DNA of 64,000 nt from Gemmatimonadota bacterium. Its GTDB lineage: Bacteria > Gemmatimonadota > Gemmatimonadetes > Palauibacterales > KS3-K002. Positions 1-9,811 of this stretch are shown here, in pieces (position 1 is the stretch's first letter; each line of letters opens with the position of its first letter). The notes beneath the pieces are model-generated. The model was not told where the DNA came from, did no database searches, and saw only the letters and a list, made by a program, of their open reading frames with translations. Position numbers and translations under genes: made by a program. The stretch is taken from positions 119,137 through 183,136 of the forward strand of contig JBDHJS010000006.1 of the NCBI GenBank assembly GCA_039586795.1, read 5' to 3'.

Positions 1-614
1 TGATCGCCGCGAGAGCTGACGAACGCCAACTTCGAGCCGCCGGGCGACCAGCGCAGCGACCCGAGGCCGCCGCGCGCCTTGATCCACGCCTCGGGTTCTC
101 CGCCCTCCAGGGTCACTTTCCAGATGGCGCCGCTCTTCAGGTAGGCGACAACGTTGCCGGTGGGCGCCACCGATGGCGATGCGCCTTCCGCCAGAACGCG
201 CGGTTCGCCGCCCGCCGTGTCCACGATCATGATCTCACGTGTCACGCCTTCCGGAAGGCTCAGGGGATTTGGATACTCGCCGCTGCGGTTCGTCCCACCA
301 CCGCGGACGAACACGATCGATGCGCCGTCCGGCGTCCACTGCAGGTTGGAGATCGCCTGGCCGTCGTCTTCCTCATACGTGGTGAGTTGGCGAGCAGCGA
401 AATCGGGCCCTCGGGCCATCCAGATGTTCCTTACGCCGCGCTCGTTGAACACCCACGCCACGGCTGATCCCGTCGGCGCCGCTACCAGGTCGCTGGGGAA
501 CGGCGAACTCATCACCTGTTGGACCGTGAAGCGTTCCTGGGCCAAAGCTTGGCCGGCTAACGCGGACACGGCGATCAACGTGAGCGCTATCGATCTGCCT
601 CCAGGCTGCCGCAT
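1..614 (-). CDS. S9 family peptidase, N-terminal beta-propeller region (partial, runs off window start)
   Basis: Manual translation from ATG at 614 (GAGGAGG upstream): signal peptide, then QERFTVQQVMSSPFPSDLVAAP...NLQWTPDG...LRWSPGGSKLAFVS, TolB/PD40-like repeats typical of S9 peptidases; catalytic domain outside window. Confidence 0.75.
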   Translation of the reverse strand, partial: MRQPGGRSIALTLIAVSALAGQALAQERFTVQQVMSSPFPSDLVAAPTGSAVAWVFNERGVRNIWMARGPDFAARQLTTYEEDDGQAISNLQWTPDGASIVFVRGGGTNRSGEYPNPLSLPEGVTREIMIVDTAGGEPRVLAEGASPSVAPTGNVVAYLKSGAIWKVTLEGGEPEAWIKARGGLGSLRWSPGGSKLAFVSSRGD

Positions 615-774
615 GGCTGCCTCCTCATTGGAGAGTTCGTGCACCGTGGAATGACTAGGATTTAGCGTGCCCGGTAGGAGCGGCGCAACGGTGGACGGAT
701 GCTCGCGCGCCGCGGCCTGGCACCACATCTTGTAAAGTTCGACCACCCACAGGCCAGCGCAAAGGAGTGGAGAG

Positions 775-1692
775 ATGCGTACGGTGCTCATCGCTTTCGT
801 CATCGTTCTGACCGCAGTGGGTCAACCGGCAGCGCAGCAGGTCGCGGACACCACGTTCGTGCCCGAAATAGCCGCTCCCGCCTACTCGGAAGGTGAAGGC
901 CCGGTCGTCTTGATCGATGAGGCGCACCACAACTTCCACACCGCCAGCGGTCGTTACTTTGCCTTCGCCAGGCTCTTGGGGCGCGACGGATACGTCGTGC
1001 GGCCTTCCGACCAACGCTTCACGGCCGCGGTGCTGGGCGCGGCGGATATCCTGGTGATCTCCAATGCGCTGGCTGAACAGAATGTGGAGGATTGGTCGTT
1101 GCCCAATCCGTCGGCCTTCGACGATGATGAGATCCTTGCTGTCAGAGAGTGGGTACGCGACGGCGGATCGTTGTTCCTCATAGCCGATCACATGCCGATG
1201 CCCGGCGCTGCCGAGAAGCTGGCCGCCGTCTTCGGTCTGTACTTCAACAACGGTTTCGCCTTCGACACCGCTCAGGATGGGGGCGCGCTCATCTTCCGTC
1301 GTTCCGACGGGTCCCTGGTCGATCACGCCATCCTCAACGGCCGTGGACCGGACGAACGCATCGACTCCGTTGCCTCCTTCACGGGACAGGCGTTCCGAGC
1401 CGTGCCCTCGGCGGAGCCGCTGATGCTGCTCCCCAACACGGTCGTCCTGCTGATGCCTGTCGAAGCCTGGGAGTTTTCGGATCAGACTCCGCGCCTCTCC
1501 GCCGCCGGCATGTTGCAGGGTGCCGTGCTGCGATATGGCGAAGGCCGCGTCGCCGCTTTCGGCGAAGCGGCCATGTTCACCTCCCAGATGTCAGGGGACG
1601 AAAGCTTCGGGATGAGCCTGCCTGTGGCGGCGCACAACGCCCGCTTCCTGATCAACATCATGCACTGGCTATCGGGATTGCTGGGCGACTGA
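775..1692 (+). CDS. Exported DUF4350-like / class I glutamine amidotransferase-like fold protein
   Basis: Signal peptide; VLIDEAHHNFH, WVRDGGSLFLIADH, GEGRVAAFGEAAMF motifs. Confidence 0.65.
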   Translation: MRTVLIAFVIVLTAVGQPAAQQVADTTFVPEIAAPAYSEGEGPVVLIDEAHHNFHTASGRYFAFARLLGRDGYVVRPSDQRFTAAVLGAADILVISNALAEQNVEDWSLPNPSAFDDDEILAVREWVRDGGSLFLIADHMPMPGAAEKLAAVFGLYFNNGFAFDTAQDGGALIFRRSDGSLVDHAILNGRGPDERIDSVASFTGQAFRAVPSAEPLMLLPNTVVLLMPVEAWEFSDQTPRLSAAGMLQGAVLRYGEGRVAAFGEAAMFTSQMSGDESFGMSLPVAAHNARFLINIMHWLSGLLGD

Positions 1693-1802
1693 AGACCACC
1701 GGACGAGGCTCCGATGTTGCCGGAGGTTCCTCCTTCCATTTAGCTTGCGCCACGCAACGACCGACCTGCGGTCGATGGTTACCTTGTCTAACGGGAGTCT
1801 CG

Positions 1803-2933
1803 ATGGCTGTATTCCGGGCCGCGCGGCATCTGGTAGGGCTCTACGCTCTGTGCTCGCTGACCGCCGTGCTCCATCCCATCGCCGCCAGCGCTCAGCCGTC
1901 GGCCGGTCGCTTCACCGTCCCTGACGGATTCCGGGTGAGCCTCTACGCCGATAGTCTTGGTGGGCCATGGGGCCTGACGTTTGGGCCCGATAGCCAGCTC
2001 TACGTTTCTCTTCGTGGCGACGGCGCCGTCGTTCGTCTGGTCGACGAAGACAACGATGGGGTCGTCGACTCCATCGCGACCGTGGCCATTGGCCTGAACG
2101 CGCCGGCCGGCATCGCGTTCTTGGGTGTGGATCTTTGGGTGGCGGAAGCATCGCGCCTCACCCGGGTGATGGGTGCTGCCTCCGAGATGCCCGAGCTCGA
2201 TACTGTCCCGGCGGTCGAGTTTCCAGACGGCGATAACCTTCCCGCCAGTTTGTTGCTGGAGCCCTCCGCGCTCGCGTTCTATGTTTCGGTCGGCGCCGAT
2301 TGTGATGCCTGCGATACCGACGACGGGCGGCGCGCGACGGTGCTGCGCTACGACACCGCCGAGAGGAATGTTAGAGTGTGGGCTCGAGGCCTCCGTCATG
2401 CGGCCGGCCTCGCCCTGAACCCGGCCACCGGTGAATTGTGGGCGACCGAGAGCGGGCGTCGCGGCTTGGGCGCCGACGTACCCACCGACGAACTGAACAC
2501 GGTTCATCCCGGTCGCGATTATGGCTGGCCCTACTGCCATGGGCCGCGCGTGGCCGCGCCGGAGTACGCCGACCCCCGGCGCTGCGACCGCACTGAGAGC
2601 CCGGCGTTCATGTTCCCGGCGCGATCGAGGCCCCTGGGCATTGTGCTATACTCCGGCGATACCTTCCCCACGGATTTTCGTGGCGATGCCTTCATCGCGC
2701 TGGGCGGCTCGCCGGCCGGCCTCGTCGCGCCCCAGGTTGCACGACTGCGGGTGCGCGAAGGGCGGCCCGCAACGCTGGAGCGCTTCATGACCGGTTGGGG
2801 TGCCGAGGCCGCCAGCCCTGGTTCGCCGGTGGCCCTCGCCGTTGGTCCGGACGGCTCGCTCTACATCGCCGACGAAGCGGCCGGCCGCGTCTGGCGGGTC
2901 GTCTACCACGGCGTCGCTGTAGACCGGCCCTGA
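1803..2933 (+). CDS. PQQ-dependent sugar/sorbosone dehydrogenase family beta-propeller protein
   Basis: VPDGFRVSLYA, ARGLRH, DELN...YGWPYC, GPDGSLYIADE motifs; start refined to ATG 1803 with signal peptide. Confidence 0.8.
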   Translation: MAVFRAARHLVGLYALCSLTAVLHPIAASAQPSAGRFTVPDGFRVSLYADSLGGPWGLTFGPDSQLYVSLRGDGAVVRLVDEDNDGVVDSIATVAIGLNAPAGIAFLGVDLWVAEASRLTRVMGAASEMPELDTVPAVEFPDGDNLPASLLLEPSALAFYVSVGADCDACDTDDGRRATVLRYDTAERNVRVWARGLRHAAGLALNPATGELWATESGRRGLGADVPTDELNTVHPGRDYGWPYCHGPRVAAPEYADPRRCDRTESPAFMFPARSRPLGIVLYSGDTFPTDFRGDAFIALGGSPAGLVAPQVARLRVREGRPATLERFMTGWGAEAASPGSPVALAVGPDGSLYIADEAAGRVWRVVYHGVAVDRP

Positions 2934-3019
2934 ACCGCCCCTAGCTCCGCCCTTTCCCAGCCGGCCCGCATCCCGTATGTTGGATGCAACCGGCTGTACC
3001 GCATTACTTTGGAGTGACG

Positions 3020-3244
3020 ATGGGAATTGGCAATTTCGGTTGGACCGAAGGCCTGCTGATCGCCTTCCTCTTCTTGCTACTCTTCGGGGCCCGCCGGCTG
3101 CCGGAGATCGGCCAGTCGTTGGGAAAGGGCATCCGCGAGTTCAAGAAGTCGCTGACCTCTTCGGACGATGAGCCCCAGGTCGGATCCGCCGACAAGGATC
3201 CGGCTCAGGTCGAGTCGCCCAGGCAGCACGAGGAAGCCCGCTAG
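3020..3244 (+). CDS. tatA: Twin-arginine translocase TatA/E subunit
   Basis: Single TM helix followed by LLLFGARRLPEIGQSLGKGIREFKK signature. Confidence 0.9.
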   Translation: MGIGNFGWTEGLLIAFLFLLLFGARRLPEIGQSLGKGIREFKKSLTSSDDEPQVGSADKDPAQVESPRQHEEAR

Positions 3245-3301
3245 GATTGTTCGGCGTCGGCCTGGCCGGCTCCGTTCGTGAAACCCTGTCTCGGACGATA
3301 G

Positions 3302-4123
3302 ATGCACGCTGCCGCGTACCTAACGTCGAGTGAGGCCCGAGACCGCCTGCAGAAGGCGCTCGGCGGTTCTTACGATCTGACCTTTGCCTCGAGTTGGTCG
3401 GATCTCGATCATCTCATCCGGCGGCTGGCGACCGAAGTCATTATCGTCGATCCCGTGCAACCGCACGAGGCCGAGGTCGCTGCTGTCGAACGCCTTCGCG
3501 CGTACTACCCTTCGCTTCCCGTCGTCCTCTACATGCCGTTCGGTCCCGAGCTCGCCGATGCTCTCTTGAGATTGGGCAGCGTCGGCGTCCATCGCGCCGT
3601 CTTCTTCGACCACGGCGATACTGCAAAAGAGCTCAAGACGGCGGTCGAAGAAGCGCTCGCCGTCTCCGTGCCCGAACACATCTTTGGACGCATCGTCGAT
3701 GGGCTGGAGCTCGTATATGGGGACGTCGACGGCGAGTTCCGCGAGATCAAGGAAGCGATCCGCGTCGCACTCAGAAACGTCGACACCATCCGCTCCGCCC
3801 TCGACTGGAGCGGCCACCTCGATCTGCCGCACCGCTCGTTCTATCGCAGCTTTAGCTCGTTCGGCCTGCCGACGCCCAAGACGTGCTTGCTGTGGCTTCG
3901 CCTGATGTACGCGGCCAAGCTGCTCGAGGACCCGGGCTACAGCCCCTACGATGTCGTTCATCGTCTCGGCTACAGCGCGCCCTCCAACTTCTGGCAGCAC
4001 GTTCAGGACACGCTCGGGTTGCGCGCTTCGGAGCTGCGTTACGCGGCCACCTTCGAGACGCTGCTGCGGCGCTTTCTCTCCGACCAGATGAAGTCGCACG
4101 AGGTGAAGCGCGCCTCGGGGTAA
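3302..4123 (+). CDS. AraC-family transcriptional regulator with receiver-like N-terminal domain
   Basis: C-terminal PKTCLLWLRLMYAAKLL...VVHRLGYSAPSNF...LGLRASELR AraC HTH pattern; N-terminal VIIVD..PVVLY receiver-like pattern. Confidence 0.75.
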   Translation: MHAAAYLTSSEARDRLQKALGGSYDLTFASSWSDLDHLIRRLATEVIIVDPVQPHEAEVAAVERLRAYYPSLPVVLYMPFGPELADALLRLGSVGVHRAVFFDHGDTAKELKTAVEEALAVSVPEHIFGRIVDGLELVYGDVDGEFREIKEAIRVALRNVDTIRSALDWSGHLDLPHRSFYRSFSSFGLPTPKTCLLWLRLMYAAKLLEDPGYSPYDVVHRLGYSAPSNFWQHVQDTLGLRASELRYAATFETLLRRFLSDQMKSHEVKRASG

Positions 4124-4281
4124 TCACGCCGTCGGAATACCGTGGCAGTATCCTCCAACCTGCTGTACTTTCCTAGACACTCGTCTTTGACCACCCACTT
4201 GTGTGACAGATCGTGCTGCTCGGTCGCGGCTTTGCCGAGCGCGAAGGTGATTCAGGAGCCATTCTCTCCGGGAGGTAGTTC

Positions 4282-4764
4282 ATGAACTCTGTGAGATATG
4301 CGGTTCTGGCCAGCACCTTGGGCATTGCCCTGGGATGTGCGCCGGCTTCCACGCCGTCCTCGTCCGAAGAAGATGTCGCCGCCATCACGCGCGCGAGCCA
4401 GGAGTGGGTAGCGGCGTTCGAAGCGGAAGATGTCCCGCGCGCGATGTCGTTCCTCGCGTCGGATGCCGTGTTGGTGCCGCCGCACGAGCCGCCGCTTTCA
4501 GGGGCCGAGGCCATCGAAGCTTGGACTCGGCGAATGTTCGAGGCCATTACGGTCGAATCGGCGAACACCACGGTCGACGAGGTGCGAGTGGCGGGCGATT
4601 GGGCGGTTAGTCATGGCGTATGGCAAATGTCGCTGACCATGAACGGTGTTACTGTTGGAGATACCACTCGCTACGTACTGATCTGGGAACGTCAGGCTGA
4701 CGGCCCCTGGTTGATCGTTTACGATGTCTGGAACAGCGCGCTGGCGGCAGCCGAAGGTGGATAG
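4282..4764 (+). CDS. NTF2-like (DUF4440/SnoaL-like) lipoprotein
   Basis: Lipobox ALGC; DAVLVPP..GAEAI, GDWA, YVLIWERQADGPWLI. Confidence 0.8.
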   Translation: MNSVRYAVLASTLGIALGCAPASTPSSSEEDVAAITRASQEWVAAFEAEDVPRAMSFLASDAVLVPPHEPPLSGAEAIEAWTRRMFEAITVESANTTVDEVRVAGDWAVSHGVWQMSLTMNGVTVGDTTRYVLIWERQADGPWLIVYDVWNSALAAAEGG

Positions 4765-5233
4765 ACACGCGATCAGGAACGCCGGGGCTATTCCAACCGG
4801 CGTGAAGGTCATCATTGGTTTCCACATTCTGAATCTCCTCCTCTGGTCGTTCGGTCAGACGGGGGCCGTCTTCTTCTACGACACGGTGGCGGCCTGGGGC
4901 CTCCAGGACCCGCGGGCGCTGCTCGATCCCGCGATCGTTGAAGTCAACCGGGGGATCGGCCTGGCGGACACGCTCGTCATGTTTCCGCTATTCGCGGTAG
5001 CCGTGGTGGGGCTCGTGCGCGGGAAGTTCTTCGGGGCCGTAGCGTCGTGGCTGGTCTTCGGCATCACTCTGTACTGGCCCGTGGTGTTCTGGACCAGTCA
5101 ACTCTTTTTCAGGCGTGGCGGAATCGAGTATCGACCAACGCCAGCTGCTGCGATCGTCCTGCCCGCTGCGTTCATGCTGTTCGCGGCTTGGGGGAGCTGG
5201 TATCTGGCCAAGATCTGGCGGGAGGAGACATGA
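4757..5233 (+). CDS. Hypothetical membrane protein (about 4 TM)
   Basis: GTG start overlapping the upstream gene end; hydrophobic segments; ATGA overlap with next gene. Confidence 0.7.
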   Translation: MDRHAIRNAGAIPTGVKVIIGFHILNLLLWSFGQTGAVFFYDTVAAWGLQDPRALLDPAIVEVNRGIGLADTLVMFPLFAVAVVGLVRGKFFGAVASWLVFGITLYWPVVFWTSQLFFRRGGIEYRPTPAAAIVLPAAFMLFAAWGSWYLAKIWREET

Positions 5234-5739
5234 ATTGGGTCGCCCTGGGAGCGCTAGGGGAGATGCTTGGTGCGGTGGGCGTCATCCTGACCCTCATCTA
5301 CCTGGCGCGCCAGATTCGTCAAAACACGAGGGTCATGCGCCTGTCGACGTCGCAATCCGTGGCCACGGCGGCGCGTGATTGGAACAGACCGCTGCTCCAG
5401 GACCCCGAGTTGGCCTGGACCTTTCAGTTGGGTACCGAAGACCCGACAAAGCTAGATCCCAAAGAGCAAGCGCGGTTCGTCGAACTCTGCTTCTCTCTGC
5501 TCAGGATGTTCGAGGATGCGCACTACCAGTATCACCAGGGCGCTCTCGACCCGGGCATCTGGGAAGGCTACGAAAAGCTGTACGCTACCTATGCGAAAGC
5601 GCCCGGATTCCAGGGGTATTGGAAGGTCCGGAAGCAGACCTTCCGGCCAGAATTCCGTGAATTCATCGACGGGTTTGAGCCGACCGATGTCGCCACGTGG
5701 GGGACGTTGGATTGGAGATCTCTGATAGATCAGAGCTAA
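5230..5739 (+). CDS. Conserved hypothetical protein with N-terminal TM helix
   Basis: GGAGGAG RBS, ATGA overlap; MNWVALGALGEMLGAVGVILTLIYLARQIRQNT N-terminus. Confidence 0.8.
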   Translation: MNWVALGALGEMLGAVGVILTLIYLARQIRQNTRVMRLSTSQSVATAARDWNRPLLQDPELAWTFQLGTEDPTKLDPKEQARFVELCFSLLRMFEDAHYQYHQGALDPGIWEGYEKLYATYAKAPGFQGYWKVRKQTFRPEFREFIDGFEPTDVATWGTLDWRSLIDQS

Positions 5740-5763
5740 CGCATCGAGGGTGATACTGCTGCC

Positions 5764-6210
5764 ATGAATGGGCTGGAGGTACTTCCGACTTCGTCGAGGA
5801 TAATCCTCTATCTGATCCTCTTGCTGATCGCGTTCTTCACGGCGGCCGTCACCTGGGCTCAGCTCGGGTGTATCAGAGGTCGATTCTTCCAGAACCCTGA
5901 CGGTACGGTCGATGACTGGCGCGAGCAGAAGATCTTCTACGGGATGGCCTGGGCCGACCTCATCGTCGCCTGCCCGTTGTCCGTCGTCGGCCTGGTATTG
6001 ACGTTCACCCAACCCCGGCTCGGCCTGCTGATCATCGCTGGCGTGAGCGTGTGGTTCGTCTGGGCCAACGTCATGACGACGGTCACGAGCCTGCGTTTCG
6101 AGAAGCCGCGGATCACGCTCCAGTGGCTGTTCGTCTTTCCGTTAGGCATCCTGGTCGGTCTGGGTTACTGGATTTGGATTCTGGTTCATTTCCATCTCGT
6201 CTATGGATAG
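5764..6210 (+). CDS. Hypothetical membrane protein (about 4 TM)
   Basis: Hydrophobic ORF with GC-rich codon usage within the co-directional array. Confidence 0.75.
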   Translation: MNGLEVLPTSSRIILYLILLLIAFFTAAVTWAQLGCIRGRFFQNPDGTVDDWREQKIFYGMAWADLIVACPLSVVGLVLTFTQPRLGLLIIAGVSVWFVWANVMTTVTSLRFEKPRITLQWLFVFPLGILVGLGYWIWILVHFHLVYG

Positions 6211-6225
6211 GCCGGCGAGTGTAAC

Positions 6226-6768
6226 ATGTCCTCGGTAGCCGAAAGGCGTTCCGAAGATCCGTGGCCCGACTTCAAGTGGCCGGTCGCCGTGGCGCACCCG
6301 ATAGCGGCATCCGCGGGCAGGGTCTGGAACGCCATCTCGATGCCCGGCAACCTCGAGTTGTGCCACCCTTTTTGTGCGAAGAACCCGATTGAGGTTTGGC
6401 CGGGCGAAGGCTCCCGGGATGAGATTCACTACCTGAGCGGTTGGGTTTTCGAGCGCCGATTCACTCGATGGATTGACGGGGTTGGCTATGACCTGGAGAT
6501 CGGTAGACAAGGCGGAAGGACGTCGTTCGTCTCCTGGCGCATCCTGCCGGGTCGTCAACAGGCCTGTACGCTGAGGATCGCCATCTATCCACACGTGATT
6601 CAGAACGTGCCCCTAGCGATCCGTTGGCTCCCGCACCTCGTGTGGATCAGACCGATGATCAAGAGCTACCTGTCATCCGTGCTGCGTGGGTTCGAATGGT
6701 ACGTCACCCGTGGCGTACCCGTGTCGGACAATCAGTTCGGTTCGCACCGCTGGTTCTCGACCGCGTGA
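6226..6768 (+). CDS. SRPBCC/polyketide cyclase-like fold protein
   Basis: IAASAGRVWNAI N-terminal motif and C-terminal helix typical of START/SRPBCC folds. Confidence 0.6.
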   Translation: MSSVAERRSEDPWPDFKWPVAVAHPIAASAGRVWNAISMPGNLELCHPFCAKNPIEVWPGEGSRDEIHYLSGWVFERRFTRWIDGVGYDLEIGRQGGRTSFVSWRILPGRQQACTLRIAIYPHVIQNVPLAIRWLPHLVWIRPMIKSYLSSVLRGFEWYVTRGVPVSDNQFGSHRWFSTA

Positions 6769-6790
6769 TCGCACCGGGAGAGACTCCCCT

Positions 6791-7480
6791 ATGACCGAAC
6801 ACTCCTCTTATCGAATCCTCCTGACCGGTGCTAGCGGTTTTGCCGGCGGCGCGGTCCTGAAGCTTTGCTTAGACGACCCACGGGTATCGGCTGTGACAAG
6901 TGTTGGCCGTAAAGCGTCAGAACTGGAGCATCCCAAGCTCACCGAGGTGGTGCATGCGGAATTCGACGCCCAATCCGCCATAGCGGATCATTACCGCGAT
7001 CTCGACGCCGTCTTCTTCTGCCTGGGGATCTCGCAGAGCGATGTGCGCGAAGAAGAGCGATACCGAGAGATCACCTACGGTTACACGATGGAGAGCGCGC
7101 GCCTGCTAAGAGAGTACAGCCCCCGGGCGGTCTTCCACTTCCTTACCGGCGCCGGTACCAATGTCAACGGCCGATTCATGTGGGCGCGGATCAAGGGCGA
7201 AGCAGAGCGCGATCTTTCGGCCATGGGTCTCGGCGGTGCGGTCCACTACCGGCCGGCGTTGATCGTCGGCCAGGCGTCCGAAGAGCCGCGCTACGCGATG
7301 GAGAAGTGGATGCGGCCACTGGAGTTCCTCTACCGGCCCTTCAAGAGCTTCTCGATCCGCACCGGTGAATTCGGCTGTGCGATGATCCAGGCGATGGTGG
7401 AGGGCCTGACGGACGCCGTGCTCGAAAACCGCGACCTGCGAGTGCTTGCCGAGCGCTACCAAGAAGCCGACGATTCGTGA
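6791..7480 (+). CDS. NAD(P)-dependent epimerase / atypical SDR (YraR/TIP30-like)
   Basis: ILLTGASGFAG Rossmann motif, DAVFFCLG, WARIKGEAE. Confidence 0.85.
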   Translation: MTEHSSYRILLTGASGFAGGAVLKLCLDDPRVSAVTSVGRKASELEHPKLTEVVHAEFDAQSAIADHYRDLDAVFFCLGISQSDVREEERYREITYGYTMESARLLREYSPRAVFHFLTGAGTNVNGRFMWARIKGEAERDLSAMGLGGAVHYRPALIVGQASEEPRYAMEKWMRPLEFLYRPFKSFSIRTGEFGCAMIQAMVEGLTDAVLENRDLRVLAERYQEADDS

Positions 7481-7593
7481 CAATAAGAACCGCGAGGAAC
7501 ATCATAGATATTGAGGCACCAACATCGTTCTTTGTGTGGCGCACGATCATCTTCAACCTGGTACCGTTCATCGTACTATTGATCATCAGATGA
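7477..7593 (+). other. 38-aa small ORF with one TM segment (small protein or gene remnant)
   Basis: GTGA overlap with upstream stop; MTIRTARNIIDIEAPTSFFVWRTIIFNLVPFIVLLIIR. Confidence 0.35.
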
Positions 7594-7642
7594 ACGAGGA
7601 TTTGCCCCGTACTTCTCGACGGCACTGCAGAGGGTAGGAACA

Positions 7643-8521
7643 GTGAGTTGGAAACCGGTGGTACCCATCTTCGCCGCAATTCTTGTTGGGGTCGCGGCGG
7701 AATCGAGTGGTCAACAGCTGGCGGTCGTCGGTCCTCTCGAGCACGTCTACGCCACGCACGGCGGACAAGATCTCATAGCCTACGTGTTCGCGCCCGAGGA
7801 GAAGACGCCAGCGCCCCGTTCTGCCATACTCGTCTTCCACGGTGGCGGCTGGCACATCGGAGCGCCACAGTGGGCCTTTGCCCGGGCCCGGCACTTTGCC
7901 GAGCTCGGCATGGTCGCCATCTCGGTGCAGTACCGGCTGTCGGACCAGCAGTCGATCACGCCGCTGGAGGCGATGGCCGACGCGAGGGCGGCCGTGCGCT
8001 GGGCGCGCTCACACGCGGACGATCTGGGGATTGCCAGCGACCGGATCGCCGCCTACGGCTGGTCGGCCGGTGCGCACCTGGCCACGTGCGCCGCGGTCTT
8101 CAACGACTCTCTCGAAACTGGCGTCAGCAGCGCCCCAGATGCCCTGGTCCTCGTTTCGCCCGCCGTTTCCCTCGAAGGAGACAGCTGGCCGCAGCGGCTG
8201 CTGGGGGACAGGGCGAGCGTGGATGAGATTTCGCCGGACATGCATGTACGGCCGGGACTGCCTCCCACGATCATCCTTCAGGGGCGAACAGATACCGTGA
8301 CGCCAACGGCCGGTGTAAGGCGCTTCTGCGACCGGATGCGTGATCAGGGCAATCGGTGCGATCTTCATGTCTATGACGGGGTCGGCCATCTGTTCACGCC
8401 GTCGTCCGAGCCCGACTACGGGACCCCGAAATCGGACGCCGAAGTTGAGGCCGCCGCTTACGCGGAGGCGGACAGGTTTCTGGTTTCGCTCGGGTTCATC
8501 AACGCGGTAGAAGGCACATGA
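7643..8521 (+). CDS. Exported alpha/beta hydrolase (HSL-type esterase/lipase)
   Basis: HGGGW oxyanion motif, GWSAG nucleophile elbow, GRTD and GHLF catalytic residues. Confidence 0.9.
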   Translation: MSWKPVVPIFAAILVGVAAESSGQQLAVVGPLEHVYATHGGQDLIAYVFAPEEKTPAPRSAILVFHGGGWHIGAPQWAFARARHFAELGMVAISVQYRLSDQQSITPLEAMADARAAVRWARSHADDLGIASDRIAAYGWSAGAHLATCAAVFNDSLETGVSSAPDALVLVSPAVSLEGDSWPQRLLGDRASVDEISPDMHVRPGLPPTIILQGRTDTVTPTAGVRRFCDRMRDQGNRCDLHVYDGVGHLFTPSSEPDYGTPKSDAEVEAAAYAEADRFLVSLGFINAVEGT

Positions 8522-9051
8522 ACGAGGACATGCCCGAGGCCGTCCGCCTGCTTCAGGAGGCGCTGTCCGGCCCTCCCGGCGTCTCGGAGGTGACGACGCA
8601 ATCCGGCCGTCGAGTGCGGGTCGAACGTGATCCCGAGCCAGGCATTCAGGTTCGACTCGCTCAGCTGGACTCAGAAGGACCACGAGCGGAGTGGCGGGCA
8701 CTGTCGGTGGACGCGGTCGAGGAACGCCCCGAGTCCTATCCGGCCGATCTTCCGTTTCTGCCCGGAGTGGAGGCATTGCTCTTCGTCTTCGGTGACGCTG
8801 CCAGCGTTACGTGGAGGCCGACAGGAGCCTCCTGCCCGGTTCCACCAAAGCAACCCGACGAGAGCCTGGCAAAGATCTCAGAGCGACTCAGGGAAATTCA
8901 CCGGAGCAGCGAAGGAGACGACTCTACCACCAGGGCCGAGGTCGCCAGGAAGGTGAAAGAGGTTCTCGATTCGCTGGATCCGGAGACTTGCGGCAAGCTG
9001 GAAGATATGTGGCAGCAGATGGAACCGGAGGAAGAGATACTCTGCCGGTGA
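8518..9051 (+). CDS. Hypothetical protein, possibly truncated or frameshifted near its 3' end
   Basis: ATGA overlap with upstream gene; YPADLPFLP motif; protein-like reading continues in another frame to 9155. Confidence 0.55.
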   Translation: MNEDMPEAVRLLQEALSGPPGVSEVTTQSGRRVRVERDPEPGIQVRLAQLDSEGPRAEWRALSVDAVEERPESYPADLPFLPGVEALLFVFGDAASVTWRPTGASCPVPPKQPDESLAKISERLREIHRSSEGDDSTTRAEVARKVKEVLDSLDPETCGKLEDMWQQMEPEEEILCR

Positions 9052-9165
9052 AGAGCTCGCGTGCACGTCTCGAGCGGGAGGGCTACGAACGTAGCATTAT
9101 CATGATGGTTCTGGGCCGAACCGTCATCATGGTTCAAAAGCCGGCGGAACGGTAGCGGAAACGCC

Positions 9166-9729
9166 ATGAGCACGTTCGAATACCTCGCTGTCCTCATATC
9201 TATCATCGTGGGTCTCGGCATTACCCATTTGCTGGCCGGAGTAGGCCGGCTGATCAGCAGCGCGGATCGCCCTCGTGTCTACTGGGTCCACTCCCTATGG
9301 ACTTTCTACCTGTTCGTCTATTTCGCAGCGTTCTGGTGGTGGCAGTTCCAGTTGAGCACGGTCCAGCAATGGACAGTCGGTATGTATCTGTTTCTAATCC
9401 TTTATGCGACGCTGTTGTACTTGCTGTGTGTCATTCTGTTTCCGGGCGAGCTCCCGGCGGATTTTCGCGACTACTTCTTCTCCCGCCGTAAGTGGTTCTT
9501 CGGCTTATGGGTTGCCGTGTACCTGATCGATCTTGGCGATACCGCCATGAAGGGAAGTGAGCATTTCGCCAGCTTCGGCCTCGAGTACCCCGTGAGTATC
9601 GGGCTGCTTATCGTCTTGTGCGCGGTAGGGTTCTTCTCGTCCAACGAGCGATTTCACGGCGCATTCGCTGTAGGCGCCTGCATCTTTCAACTCTATCAGT
9701 TCTCCTGGACTCCGAATTTTCTTGGGTGA
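9166..9729 (+). CDS. Conserved hypothetical integral membrane protein
   Basis: MSTFEYLAVLISIIVGLGITHLL...YWVH...YFFSRRKWFF, about 6 TM. Confidence 0.8.
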   Translation: MSTFEYLAVLISIIVGLGITHLLAGVGRLISSADRPRVYWVHSLWTFYLFVYFAAFWWWQFQLSTVQQWTVGMYLFLILYATLLYLLCVILFPGELPADFRDYFFSRRKWFFGLWVAVYLIDLGDTAMKGSEHFASFGLEYPVSIGLLIVLCAVGFFSSNERFHGAFAVGACIFQLYQFSWTPNFLG

Positions 9730-9811
9730 ACACTGTCCATCGACTCATATACGAGACTAGCTTGCTCTGATGTCGGGACACGGATGGTCACGGGAAAGAC
9801 GAGGTGCTAAA

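Noticed and set aside
9049..9051. Selenocysteine readthrough of the TGA ending ORF 8518-9051
   Set aside because: In-frame continuation stops after 17 codons, with no redox motif or evident SECIS.
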